Assembly: GCF_030144855.1 (NCBI RefSeq)
Contig: NC_082722.1
Location: forward strand, 20,336,001 to 20,400,000
Source: Hypanus sabinus
Lineage: Eukaryota
Direction: 5' to 3'
DNA length: 64,000 bases
Program-made: the position numbers and the translations under genes
In this document: positions 1 through 10,229 of the stretch, one piece after another
How positions within the stretch are numbered: position 1 is the stretch's first letter
How the letters are laid out: each line of letters opens with the position of its first letter
Notes under the pieces: generated by a model
Database searches by the model: none
What the model saw: the letters and a program-made list of their open reading frames with translations, nothing else
What the model was told of the DNA's origin: nothing

Positions 1-1639
1 CGGGACAGCATGTTTTTCGCTGTAAGGAGAGACTGGGGTTACTCGTCCCTAGAGCACAGGAGGTTCAGTGGTGACATTATATATTGAGGAACGTAAGCAG
101 GGTTATAGTTATAGTCTTTGTTCCCAGAATAGCTGAATCAAAAATGAAAATGCATGCATTGAAGATGAGAGAGAAAACATTTAAATGGATCTGGAGCAAG
201 CTTTACAAAGCAATGGACTGGGAACTGAAATAAAGTATAGGAGGAATCGGTAGAGGTGGGTACCATTGCAATGCTGTCGAAACATTCGGATTGGTACATA
301 GATAGAAAAGGTTTATTGTTATTGTTAAAACTTTATCACAATTAAAGTTCCTGGTGTAGTGCCGTCTGACGCCACGGATCCATTTAGGTTGTGGGGAGGC
401 CGTTCTTTGGACTTTTGGGAATTGTAGGGCTTTGTCAGTATAATGTAGCGTTAATGCGTGATTTATATAATTGATGCAAGATAGGAGGCATTGAAGAGTT
501 GGCACAAATGTGTTCTGTACACGTATAACTTAATCCAGTATAACATCAGATTATTCCCCAATTGTGGGCTCATGTTAAGTTCAACTAAAGAAACAAGCGC
601 AGGAAACAATTGTCCCACTCATATGAAAATAATTTTTTCCGAAAAAAATACCCACCTGACATTTGGAGGGGAGAGCAATATTCACCTATTAGTTAATAGA
701 ATAGAATGATGAGAATCACACTGGAGGATAAAACAAAGCACAAATGTGTTATCAGCTTAAAATACACCTTAGCGATATTGGCCAGATTATATTTAAATCC
801 GCAAATATTTGTTAATTGAAAGTTATTCACTGCTGAAAACTTTGTTTGATCTGTTTTAAAGTGTTGATAACTAAGAAAAACTTTTCTTTGGCGTTTGCAA
901 ATTTTTAACTTTATTTTTTGTTTTCATTTTGGAAGATATAGGAATTTTTGAACGTTGCGAAAAAAAAACAGCTGTTTAAACGTTTTGGATTTGACAGTTC
1001 CAGTTAACACTGAAGGCTATTGGATTAATTTCCTCAAGAGGCGTATCAGAATATTCGGCAAACCACACCATTTGTGGAAAACTTGACTAATACGATGTGC
1101 ACGAGTTTGTAACATGAAATCTTTCCCCAACAATCCGGAACGTTGTCATATTTAAAAAACTACTCACAGGCAGGGAGAACCAAACAGTTGGAAACAAAAT
1201 CAATCCCTTAATTTTCAGCCATTCTTTGGGCGATCAATCAGAAATTTTACAGCTGTGTCTTTTTCCCTGACGCTGTATGATCAACTAACTGTTAATCTCC
1301 ATGTTGCCTCTATTTTTTTTCCGACATAGTTTTTTTGTGAAAATTTTGCTGCTACTATCCAGAAATTACTGTGCATATAAACTTATATCCATCCCCATGT
1401 TCTTGGGTTACTTCATTCAAGTCTTTGAAAACATAGTGAGCTGTTGAATCCAAGAGCAAAAAGATTTCAGCATGCTCTGTGCCACTTCTTCGCTCCTCTC
1501 AGCGGCAGTTATTGTAGCAATTCTCCGTCAGAGACAGCACATTATCATTACTTCCCAGTGTTACCATTTTCAGCTAATATCGAATATTTTCTCAGAGAAC
1601 TGATAAAAGAGCATTGATATCAGTAGCACAACAGATTAT

Positions 1640-2360
1640 GCAAATTCTGGAAATCCAGAGCAACACCCATAAGGTGAACTCAGCAGACCACGCACGAGCC
1701 ATGGAAATTAAAGAAAGGTCAACATTTCGGTCCGAGTCTCTGCATTAAGATTGGAAAGGAGGAGGGAAGATTGCAGAATATAAACGCGGTGAAAAGAAAG
1801 ACTGATTAGAAGGTGAACGGTGAAGCCAGGTTGAGTGGACTTTGGGAGGTTGGGGCAGAGGAGCGTGTGCGGTTGGATGACTTAAGAAGCTGGGAGATAA
1901 GAGGTTGAAAATGCAAAGAGCTGTTAGGAAAGGAGTGTAGACTACGGGGGGAAAGGAAGGAAGTGGGTCAGAAGGGAAACTTATCGGCAGCAGAGCAAAG
2001 AACAGGACAGAGTTGGGAACAGAAAAGAGACGTGGGAGGGAAAACATACCTGAAGGTGAAGTCGATGCTCATGTCCTCGTGTTGGAGGATAGGTAGACTG
2101 AATCCGAGGTGTTGCTCGCTCACTCTGAGAGTAGCCTCATGAAGGCGTCAGAAGAGGATATGAATCGTCCTGTCGGAAACTGAATGGACAGAATCAAAAT
2201 AATTGGCCACATTTTGGGATGAACTGCATGTGCTTGAAAAAGTGGTGTTCGATGTTTACGATGAGTCTCACCAATGAAGAGGAGGCAGCATCAGTAGCTC
2301 TGGCTTCAATAGTCTGCCCTAGCCGATTCGCAGTTGAAATGTTGCCTCACCGTTCGTGGC
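1640..2360 (-). mobile_element. Penelope-like element fragment
   Basis: Reverse complement of the C-terminal QHLIFRLG..QP..MNIDF-like region, plus the typical pLTR tail. Confidence 0.6.
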
Positions 2361-3379
2361 ACTGAATGGAGGTGATGAAGCTATAAACTTTAAGTTGTCT
2401 TCATTCCATTTAGATTTATATTTCTGATTCGAAACAAACTGATGTCTCTAACGATTTTAGTACAAGTTTGACAACACTTCCAAGTTATTTACATAGCTAT
2501 ATCCGTCCAGAATCTAGCTTGTTTGCGAAATTAATTACACAAATAACACCATTTTATTCATAGAACTGCCACTTCTTTGCTTCACTGCGATCTGACGTCA
2601 ATATCCGACCACATTTTATTGTTTTCTGTCTTAAATTGAATGAACCGCAATCTTTCTCCAAATAGGAGCTCATGATGTAACCGTCCACGCTTAGAGGGCT
2701 ATCAGCAATCCGTACGCTTAAAGAATAAAACATAAAACTCTGTTTTATTTAGCACTGTGATGGAGCTTCACATTTTTCTCTTAGCAGAATGCACACGCCG
2801 TAGAATCGGAACACCGATATCGCAGAAAAAAAAACATTAGAAACATTCAGTTGCCAGGAAGAGGCCTTGAAGTCACTTTATTAAAAAAAATAACCCACTC
2901 TCTGTAACCTAAACGTCGAGCTTTAAAATAGAGCACACATTCCGCAAATCGAATTTTGAAACACGTATTAAGTTTTACCACAAAGACTTTCCATGATATC
3001 AACAGCGGGCTCGATGGTGCATATCTATTCTCTGCTCACTATAACTTCCTGTTAACCTAAACGTTGAGTTTGTTGTCGATCTTCAGCAGAAAGAAAACAT
3101 TGAATGCTGGAGTGCATCATGGAAGAGAGCTCTTCCAACCGCTTGATCCATTCAGAAAGAAATATTTATGTTGCCGTTCTTATACCTGCCTCAAGAGCGG
3201 TACCACTTTTTTTAACATATACCTACCGATCTCTGTCTGAAAACCATGCCGTGCCCAGTTCCCCTTTATATATTTTTTCTCTCAGTTCACAACTATATCT
3301 TGTAGATTTGGATCCCCTGCCTTGAGAAATTGGCTATGAGCGTCTGGCATATTAATGTCTGTAACATTTTTTTTTCAAA

Positions 3380-3700
3380 TTCATAAGGTGATCCCTCATT
3401 CACCTGTACTCCAGAGTAAACAGTCCATGTCTGTGCAAACTCTCCGTGCCACTAAAGCCTTCCATCCCAGGTAATGTCCCAGAGCAGCTCTTTTGCAATC
3501 GTCCTAACTCTACAACGTGCTATTCGTGGTGACCAGAATAGCGCACGTCACTCCATGACCAGCCTAGCCATTGTCCATTGGTACAACTTGCCCCAGCTCC
3601 TGTCAATATTCTGCCAAGAGGGCAATGAGGCTAAACGCCTCTTATCTGGATCCTTGTTTCATGCATCCTAAAATCTCTTTGTGAATGCGCACTTCTAATA
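3380..3700 (-). mobile_element. CR1 RT 3' fragment
   Basis: Similar to the RT end of the other CR1 copies in the window. Confidence 0.55.
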
Positions 3701-3914
3701 TCCCTACAGTGTATCCAGTCAGTACAAATGGCAGAACAAATGATAAGCACAAGAGATTCTGTAATCCTGAGAAACAAACCCAAAATGCTGAAGGAACTGA
3801 ACAGGTCAAGCGCCATCTCTGACAGGCGCCCGCAATCTCTGTTAATGGTGTGAGTCCGTGTCATAAAAATGTTGCAAACCCCGGTTGTGTCGAGAAGTAT
3901 AACAACGTTTACTT

Positions 3915-3946
3915 CAACGTTTCGAGCCGTGACCCTTCATCAGTTT
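3915..3946 (-). ncRNA. Penelope-type minimal hammerhead ribozyme motif
   Basis: CTGATGA-A-GGG-TCACGG-CTC-GAAAC-GTT on the minus strand. Confidence 0.5.
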
Positions 3947-3989
3947 TCGAAGAATGTATGCCCTTGATTAGGGTGGTTGCTTTTCTTAG

Positions 3990-4282
3990 CGGGATGGAAG
4001 TGACGTTCCCTGCTTAATTTTTAACAGCTGCGCGGACCAACAATTGCTCCAAGATATTTTGCCATTTCTCGTAAAAGTATTATGTACGGATTGGCGGGTT
4101 ATTAACAATGATCTAACGAGTTCTATTCTGAATTTACCGTTATAAATTCTAACAGCATTGTAACTTGAAACACTGGCAATGTAAATATGTTGAAGCTCTA
4201 AAATATTCCGCAGTAATGATTGTGGTACGTTTAGTATTTGGAAAACATATGGATTATCTGTATCAACACAATTAATTTCAGG
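3990..4282 (+). pseudogene. Degenerate V-type exon remnant
   Basis: ttttcttag acceptor; MEVTFPA*FLTAARTNNCSKIFCHFS, a W about 12 codons later, RSNDCGTF and TQLISG|gtattt. Multiple stops and frameshifts. Confidence 0.45.
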
Positions 4283-7200
4283 GTATTTCATAATTATATT
4301 TACATAGATTTTAAAAATATATTAACAACGTGTGCGGGAATGCTTCATTTACCACGCGGGGGCGCACCCGCTCAGATCAGAGGGGACAGTGATGGCAAGT
4401 GTAGACAGACTGCACAGATGGGAGACTGGTTTCCTGATGATCTGAACTGTGACTATAACCTTCTTCATTATTGACGTCATATGCCCCCTCCAAATGTCAA
4501 AATTTTGGGTATTACAGTTGATTCGAAACTTACACGTTACTTTTAATTATGGTAATGTAAAGGGTGTATCTTCTTTTTCATTGTTACTGTGTATGTTACT
4601 CAGAATGGCTTATTTGTTTTATTAAAAGTAGGAATGATTTTTCTGTTGCGGGAGAGTGCTGGAAGCTTGTTTGGGTTAAAATTTACTGATGAGGAGAATT
4701 GTATTCCTTTGTAAACCAATTGGGATTAATGTTGTTCTTTCTTCTGAGTCTGTAAACTATTGTTGACGGGCTTTTGGGAGATCGGCGCGAGGTGGGGGGG
4801 AGAGAGAGAGAGGACGTGAGACTGTAAACAGGGCGAGAAACGGACATCAAGCAGGTGTCCGAGGCTAGGAGGTACCCTGAGGAGAGAAGACGAAGATAGA
4901 TGTGTTTACCACTCCGGATGGTCCTGAGCTGCGAGTGGAGGAGTTCGGAAGGGGTCGAATGGTGGCCAGAAGACTTCAATAATTGAGCTCCAACGGTTGT
5001 GCACGAAGTGGTTTGGACTTTGATAAGTTTGGGATCTTTTGCTTTTTCTTTTCTTTCATATATATTGTATTGTCTAGTACACTTTTAGTTTTAGTAAACT
5101 CTTTAAAGTGTATTCCGTAACGGTATCAGGTGTGAGTTTGATAATGTGTGTGTACGCGCGGCATAACCTTGTTTCCCACAGCTCCTGCGTGTACGGGAGG
5201 TGGGGTTGGTGAGTGGCTGGATCTTCATTTACCCTAGACATATAGCAGCCTGTTGGGTAAGTGTTACATTTGTGGGGTGCTCGTCCCTGATTGGATTGTC
5301 AGGGGCTGTGGAATCCCGCAGGCAGCAGAGCGGAGATGGACGGGGATAAGTTTGTTCACTGGTGCGAGATGAAGACGTACCGGTGCAGTATGCCTGTGTA
5401 GTGAGCGGAGTGGATTTTCGAGTTTCGGGAGACGCGTTAGTGCGGGGTTTAAGTTTGGTAAAAGGTATTGTGCAGGTAGAATTCGTAGCTAAACGGTGTG
5501 GTAAAGAGGTGGAGCCTAGCTGGGTGTTGGTTCGTACGAGTGCTGACGTCATGACGTTGGAAATGCCAGCGACGGTGAGTGTTCCAGGGGAGTCTGGGCC
5601 GTCGGGGCTCCACACTCTCTCCGTGTATGAGGATGAGGTGACACCGGAGGAGGAGCTAGAGCTAGAGGTGGACCCCAGAGAGGTGCCCGGCACTAGTAAA
5701 GGGTAGTCGGAGGAGGGAGGTGTGACTAGTCCCCGCCCGAGGGAAGCCTCGGAGCTGGCAGCCTCACTTAACTCCCTGGTGGGAGTGGCTGAGAGGCTAC
5801 GGCTGAAGCTGTGGGTGTTCTCCGGAGCCAAGCTTACTCCGGACGTGGAGGTGGACTATGAGACCTGGATCAAGCATACGTCTTTGATGTTAGAGGAGTG
5901 GCCAGGCTCGGAACAGGAGAAGAGGCAGCGATTGGTGGGAAGTTTGAGGGGTTTGGCAGCTACGTCTTGGAGTTGAAAGCTGAAAAGCCTGGGGCTTCAG
6001 TGGAGGAATGCATAGAAGTTTTGGAGGGAGCGTTTGGGTTGTCAGGGGGACCCTGGTTGCTTTTAGCAGAGTTTCACCGCCTGGAACAACGGCGAGGGGA
6101 AAAGCAGACCGAGTACATATTTCGGATGGAGGAGATGATTACGGGGTTGCGGCGCCGAGGGGTAGTGAAGACGCGTGACGTGGCTAGCGTGAGGATGAGT
6201 CAGATGTTCAGTGGTTCTGTGGAGGAGGACAAGGTGGCGTGGAATATCCGGCAGGCTTATAGGAAGTGCCCCCCTCCATCCTTCGGGCAGAATGTTGGGG
6301 GAGGAAGAGAGAGCGTAGGGGCGGATAAGGGGCTAGGGCCTACGGGAGCGATCCTCAGCGATACAGGGAGTGGTCGCTGGGTGGAGGACTGAAAACCCCC
6401 AGGAGAGTAGGCACCCCCCTTTGGAGGGGAAGGACAGGGGAGATACCCACTCCTGTGGGCGACCAGTGCTGAGGGTTGGGAGCGGGAGCCATCCTGGGTG
6501 AGGAGGGGCGGCAGGCAGCGTGTGCTTTAACTGTGGAATAGAGGGGCATTTCAGGCGTGACTGTGGGCGGCCAAGGGTGTGCTATAGCTGTGGTGAGGAA
6601 GGACACTTTAGGTGGGATTGTGAGAGAAAAAGAGTTCCGTGGAGGGCAAGCCCCCCTGCGTCTAAGAAGGGAGAGATGTCGGGAAACTTAGGAGAGGCTC
6701 AGTGAGGGAACGGACTGGATCCTCTGGAGGAACACGTTCCCTGAAATCAGCCGGGGGACCACCGGGTGCCCACGCCTCTATTTCGGATGGGCTGGTATGA
6801 CCCCGTGCCAGTGTGTGTCTACGGATAGAGGGGGTTTACGCGAAAGCCGTTCTTGTTACGGGATCGCAGGTGATCTTATTGTACCGGTCGTTCTATAACC
6901 AATATCTAAAGCATTTGCTCGTAACCCCATTTGACGCCCTGCGGATTTGGGGTGTGAGCGAGGGTGATTACCCGTACGTTGGGTACCTATCGGCGAGATT
7001 GGAGTTGCAGAGTGCGTAGGAGTTGGCCGGGGCGTCGGCTACCAAACAAAATCAGAGGAATAAGATGCGGTATGACCAAAAGTTGAAGTTTGTCCAATTA
7101 TTGCCGGGGGTCCGGGTCCTTTTACGGAATTTAGGACTCACTGGGAAGTACAAGTTGGCAGATCGATGGGCGGCCAGCCCCTTGTAATAGAGAGCCAGAA

Positions 7201-7720
7201 TGGGAATGGGCCTATCAATGTAATCCATCGGAATCACTTGCTGCCCCTGGCCCAAGCGGTGCGGGTGGACAAGGAGCCAGAGTGGGAGGTTGCGCCTAGT
7301 ACAAGGATACTGCGAGGGCGCTGAGCGAGAGAAGGGGACGCTGCTGAAGAGCGGTGACGTGTCCGTAACCCATGAATGGATACCGATTCGGAAGATGACG
7401 ACTCAAATGAGTGGCCCCTTTTCCCATCGCTGGCACTCCAGTACCAGAAGAGGAGGCTCCTGGCCCGACCCATACTGAGTTGGGTGAGAGGAGGGAAGGT
7501 GTTGATGGTCAGATGGAGAGGCAGCCAGCGTTAGGGCAAGAGAGGGTGGAACCCGAGCATGAGCCGGGGGGTTTTCAGGTGAGGGAGGAACCCCGTGAGG
7601 GAGGGGGTGAGGGTCTGTCAGGTAGTCCTGGGGTGTCCGAGGCAGTGGGTTCGCAGATGAAGAGGGAGCCCAGTGAGGCGGAATGGTCGGCAGAAGGGGT
7701 AAGGAGATTTCAGAGAAGTA

Positions 7721-7927
7721 GGCGCCCCGGCCAACTCGTACGCCCTCTGCAACTCCAATCTCACCGATAGGTACCCAACGTACGGGTAATCACCCTCGCT
7801 CACACCCCAAATCCGCAGGGCGTCAAATGGGGTTATGGGCAAATGCTTTAGATATTGGTTGTAGAACGACCGGTACAATAAGATCACCTGCGATCCCGTA
7901 ACAAGAACGGCTTTCGCGTAAATACCC
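7721..7927 (-). repeat. Inverted internal duplication of 6830-7038
   Basis: Reverse complement of the protease/integrase-tail junction with about 7 differences, followed by an expanded C-run. Confidence 0.95.
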
Positions 7928-8774
7928 CCCCCCCCCCCCCGGAGCGGTTGACATTTCTGGTACCAGGAGAACAGAGTATGATTTCTACTGCTCTGGGTAG
8001 CTATGTCGCTGCTTTCTGCACTTGGGTTGGGTTTTGTGTGTTGCAAGGAGCTTTGGGGAATTCTGGTAATGCCATGAGGACATGAATTTTGTTTGCTGGG
8101 GGGTGTGTGTAAAGAGCGTATCTTCTTTTTCATTGTTACTGTGTATGTTACTCAGAATTGTTTTTTTGTTTTGTTAAAAGTAGGATTTTTTTTGTTGCGA
8201 GAGAGTGCTGGAAACTTGCTCGGGTTACAATTTACTGATAAGGAGAATTGTATTCCTTTGTTAACCAATTGGGAATAATGTTGTTCTTTCTTCTGAGTCT
8301 GTAAACTATTGTTGGCGGGCGTTTTGGAGAACGGCGCGAGGGGGAGAGAGAGAGAGGACGTGAGACTGTAAACTCGGCGAGGAACGGACCTCAAGTGGGA
8401 GTCCGAGGCTAGGAGGTACGCCGAAGAGAGGAGACGAAGATAAATGTGCTTGGTTGACCACTTCGAATGGTCCTGAGCTGCGAGTCGAGGAGTTCGGAGG
8501 GGGTCGAATGGTGGCCAGAAGACTTCAATAATTGAGCTCCAACGGTTGTGCACGAAGTGATTTGGATTTTTATAAGTTTGGCGCATTTTGCTTTTTCTTT
8601 TCTTTCATATGTATTGCATTGTCTAGTACTCTTTTAGTTTCAGTAAACTATTCAAAGTGTATTCCGTAACGGTATCTGGTGTGAGTTTGAGATTGTGTGT
8701 GTACGCGCGGCATAACCTTGATTCCCACAGCTCCTGCGTGTACGGGAGGTGGAGTTGGTGAGTGGCTGGATCTC

Positions 8775-8985
8775 CTTTTCCGAATCGGTATCCATTCATG
8801 GGTTACGGACACGTCACCGATCTTCAGCAGCGTCCCCTTCTCTCGCTCAGCGCCCTCGCAGTGTCCTTGTACTAGGCGCAACCTCCCACTCTGGCTCCTT
8901 CTCCTTTTAGTGTATTTTAAAGTACAGTAAAATACCTGTACTTTATACAGGTATAAAGATACCTGTATATCTTTATGGTATACAG
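8775..8985 (-). repeat. Insertion in the 3' LTR: inverted copy of ~7270-7390 plus nested hairpin filler
   Basis: Absent from the 5' LTR. The ~118-bp copy differs from its source at 2 positions. The filler has 9-bp stems aaagtacag/ctgtacttt, atacctgta/tacaggtat and ataaagata/tatctttat. Confidence 0.9.
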
Positions 8986-9065
8986 ACATATACCAGCCTG
9001 TTGGGTAGGAGTTACATTAAAGCCGAACCTTGCTGTACAAAAACTTCATGTTGCGTTCATTACAG

Positions 9066-9137
9066 GCGTGTATAGCACAACTCTGGAGAAAACTTCTTCA
9101 TATAGAATCGTCGATAGAGATTCGTGCACAGGCAGAG
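9066..9137 (+). pseudogene. Candidate cytoplasmic exon GVYSTTLEKTSSYRIVDRDSCTGR
   Basis: ttcattacag| ... G|gtaata, 72 bp, phase 1-1. SSYRIV fits the ITIM consensus, but this could be chance. Confidence 0.25.
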
Positions 9138-9321
9138 GTAATACTTCGGTTGGGAAAAAAATGACGCCTCTCATCATCATGCAGAAAGGGTACGCTGTGA
9201 ATAAAAAATGTTATTTCAATCTTTCATCTGTACGTTCCATCCACAAAGTGCAAAGTACAAATATGGCCACTGGGAACTCACAGCCCTTCCACCTGCATTC
9301 CAATTTGTAAATATAGTACGG

Positions 9322-9900
9322 ATGCTGCTAAGATCACTTATTTCTTGTTTTCTTCTTGTAACATTGCTATCGAGTCACTTAGGTATTTGGCAGCAAAATT
9401 ATAATATTTATTAAACATCATTCTTTGACCTGATCCTTTTTTCTCCTTTTGTTTCAATTAACTTAATTAACTCTTAAGACATTGATAGGGTTACCGGTGA
9501 GAGAACAGTAAGCAAACATTTCAAAATAATTTTGACGAGAATGTGTAATATTATTGCGAGAATGGGCGCTCCAATAGGCATACATATTGAAATGTACATT
9601 TCTTGTAGCCACTGCTTCCGAAATTTGTTTTTTAACAGAGTGCATTAAGAAACTACAGCCAGAAGAGGGTTTGACAATGTCGTGCACTCACACGCCTGTC
9701 TATCATTTTTAGAAAGCTCTATTCATTTTGCAAGCACGGTATTTTACAGTGCTGGCAAACATTCCTACTGGGTTAAAACGACGGTGAAGTGTGCTGGCAA
9801 TGAACACTTTATGAAACGCATTTTGTAAAATATTAATAGCACTTCACATTTGCTTGCTGAATTGGTCTGCTTTTGTGACTTGTCGATTCAAGGAAATGAC
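9322..9900 (+). pseudogene. Leader exon (9322-9382) plus decayed V-like exon (from 9609)
   Basis: MLLRSLISCFLLVTLLSSHL G|gtattt, a 226-bp intron, then tttcttgtag|ATASEICFLTECIKKLQPEEGLTMSC (Cys at exon residue 26), followed by a stop and frameshifts. Confidence 0.45.
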
Positions 9901-10229
9901 AACCGGCTTCTTGAGTGTTTTCTTCTCAGCGGATGAGAAATGAATAAGAAAGATAGGAGTACAAAAATCCTGTCAATTCATAATAAGATATGATATTCGG
10001 CACTTCTACTTGAATGTTGAAATAGAAACAGTACTTATGAGTGAAATGGTCGAAGGGATTTGTGATGCAAAGTGAATTGTGTGAACGAAGCCAATGGATG
10101 ATCGCGATAGGAAATCTACCCTTCCAGTAATCATTCAGGCAAATATTCAAGCAGCAAGTGGACAGAAGGGGTCAAGGTAGGCGGGAAAGAGGATGTAGCT
10201 CAAGCCAATCAGCCATAAGTCTATAACAC

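Larger units (their letters stand above)
4556..9016 (+). mobile_element. Gypsy LTR retrotransposon, pol-deleted, with PNMA-like gag
   Basis: LTRs 4556-5268 and 8108-9016 (TGTAA...TTACA). tRNA-Pro-like PBS tggggtgctcgtcc; flanks gtaa/ttaa. Frameshifted gag 5362-6705 with LWVFSG...YETW capsid motif and two CCHC knuckles. Protease remnant LVTGS joined directly to the post-integrase region. Confidence 0.9.

Noticed and set aside
780-1230. Possible leader and V motifs on the minus strand (AHRISQ, FSVNW, SGQYR)
   Set aside because: Motif spacing is incompatible with an Ig fold, and the leader has an in-frame stop.
5229-5831. 200-aa minus-strand ORF
   Set aside because: Antisense shadow of the GC-rich gag, with a low-complexity product.
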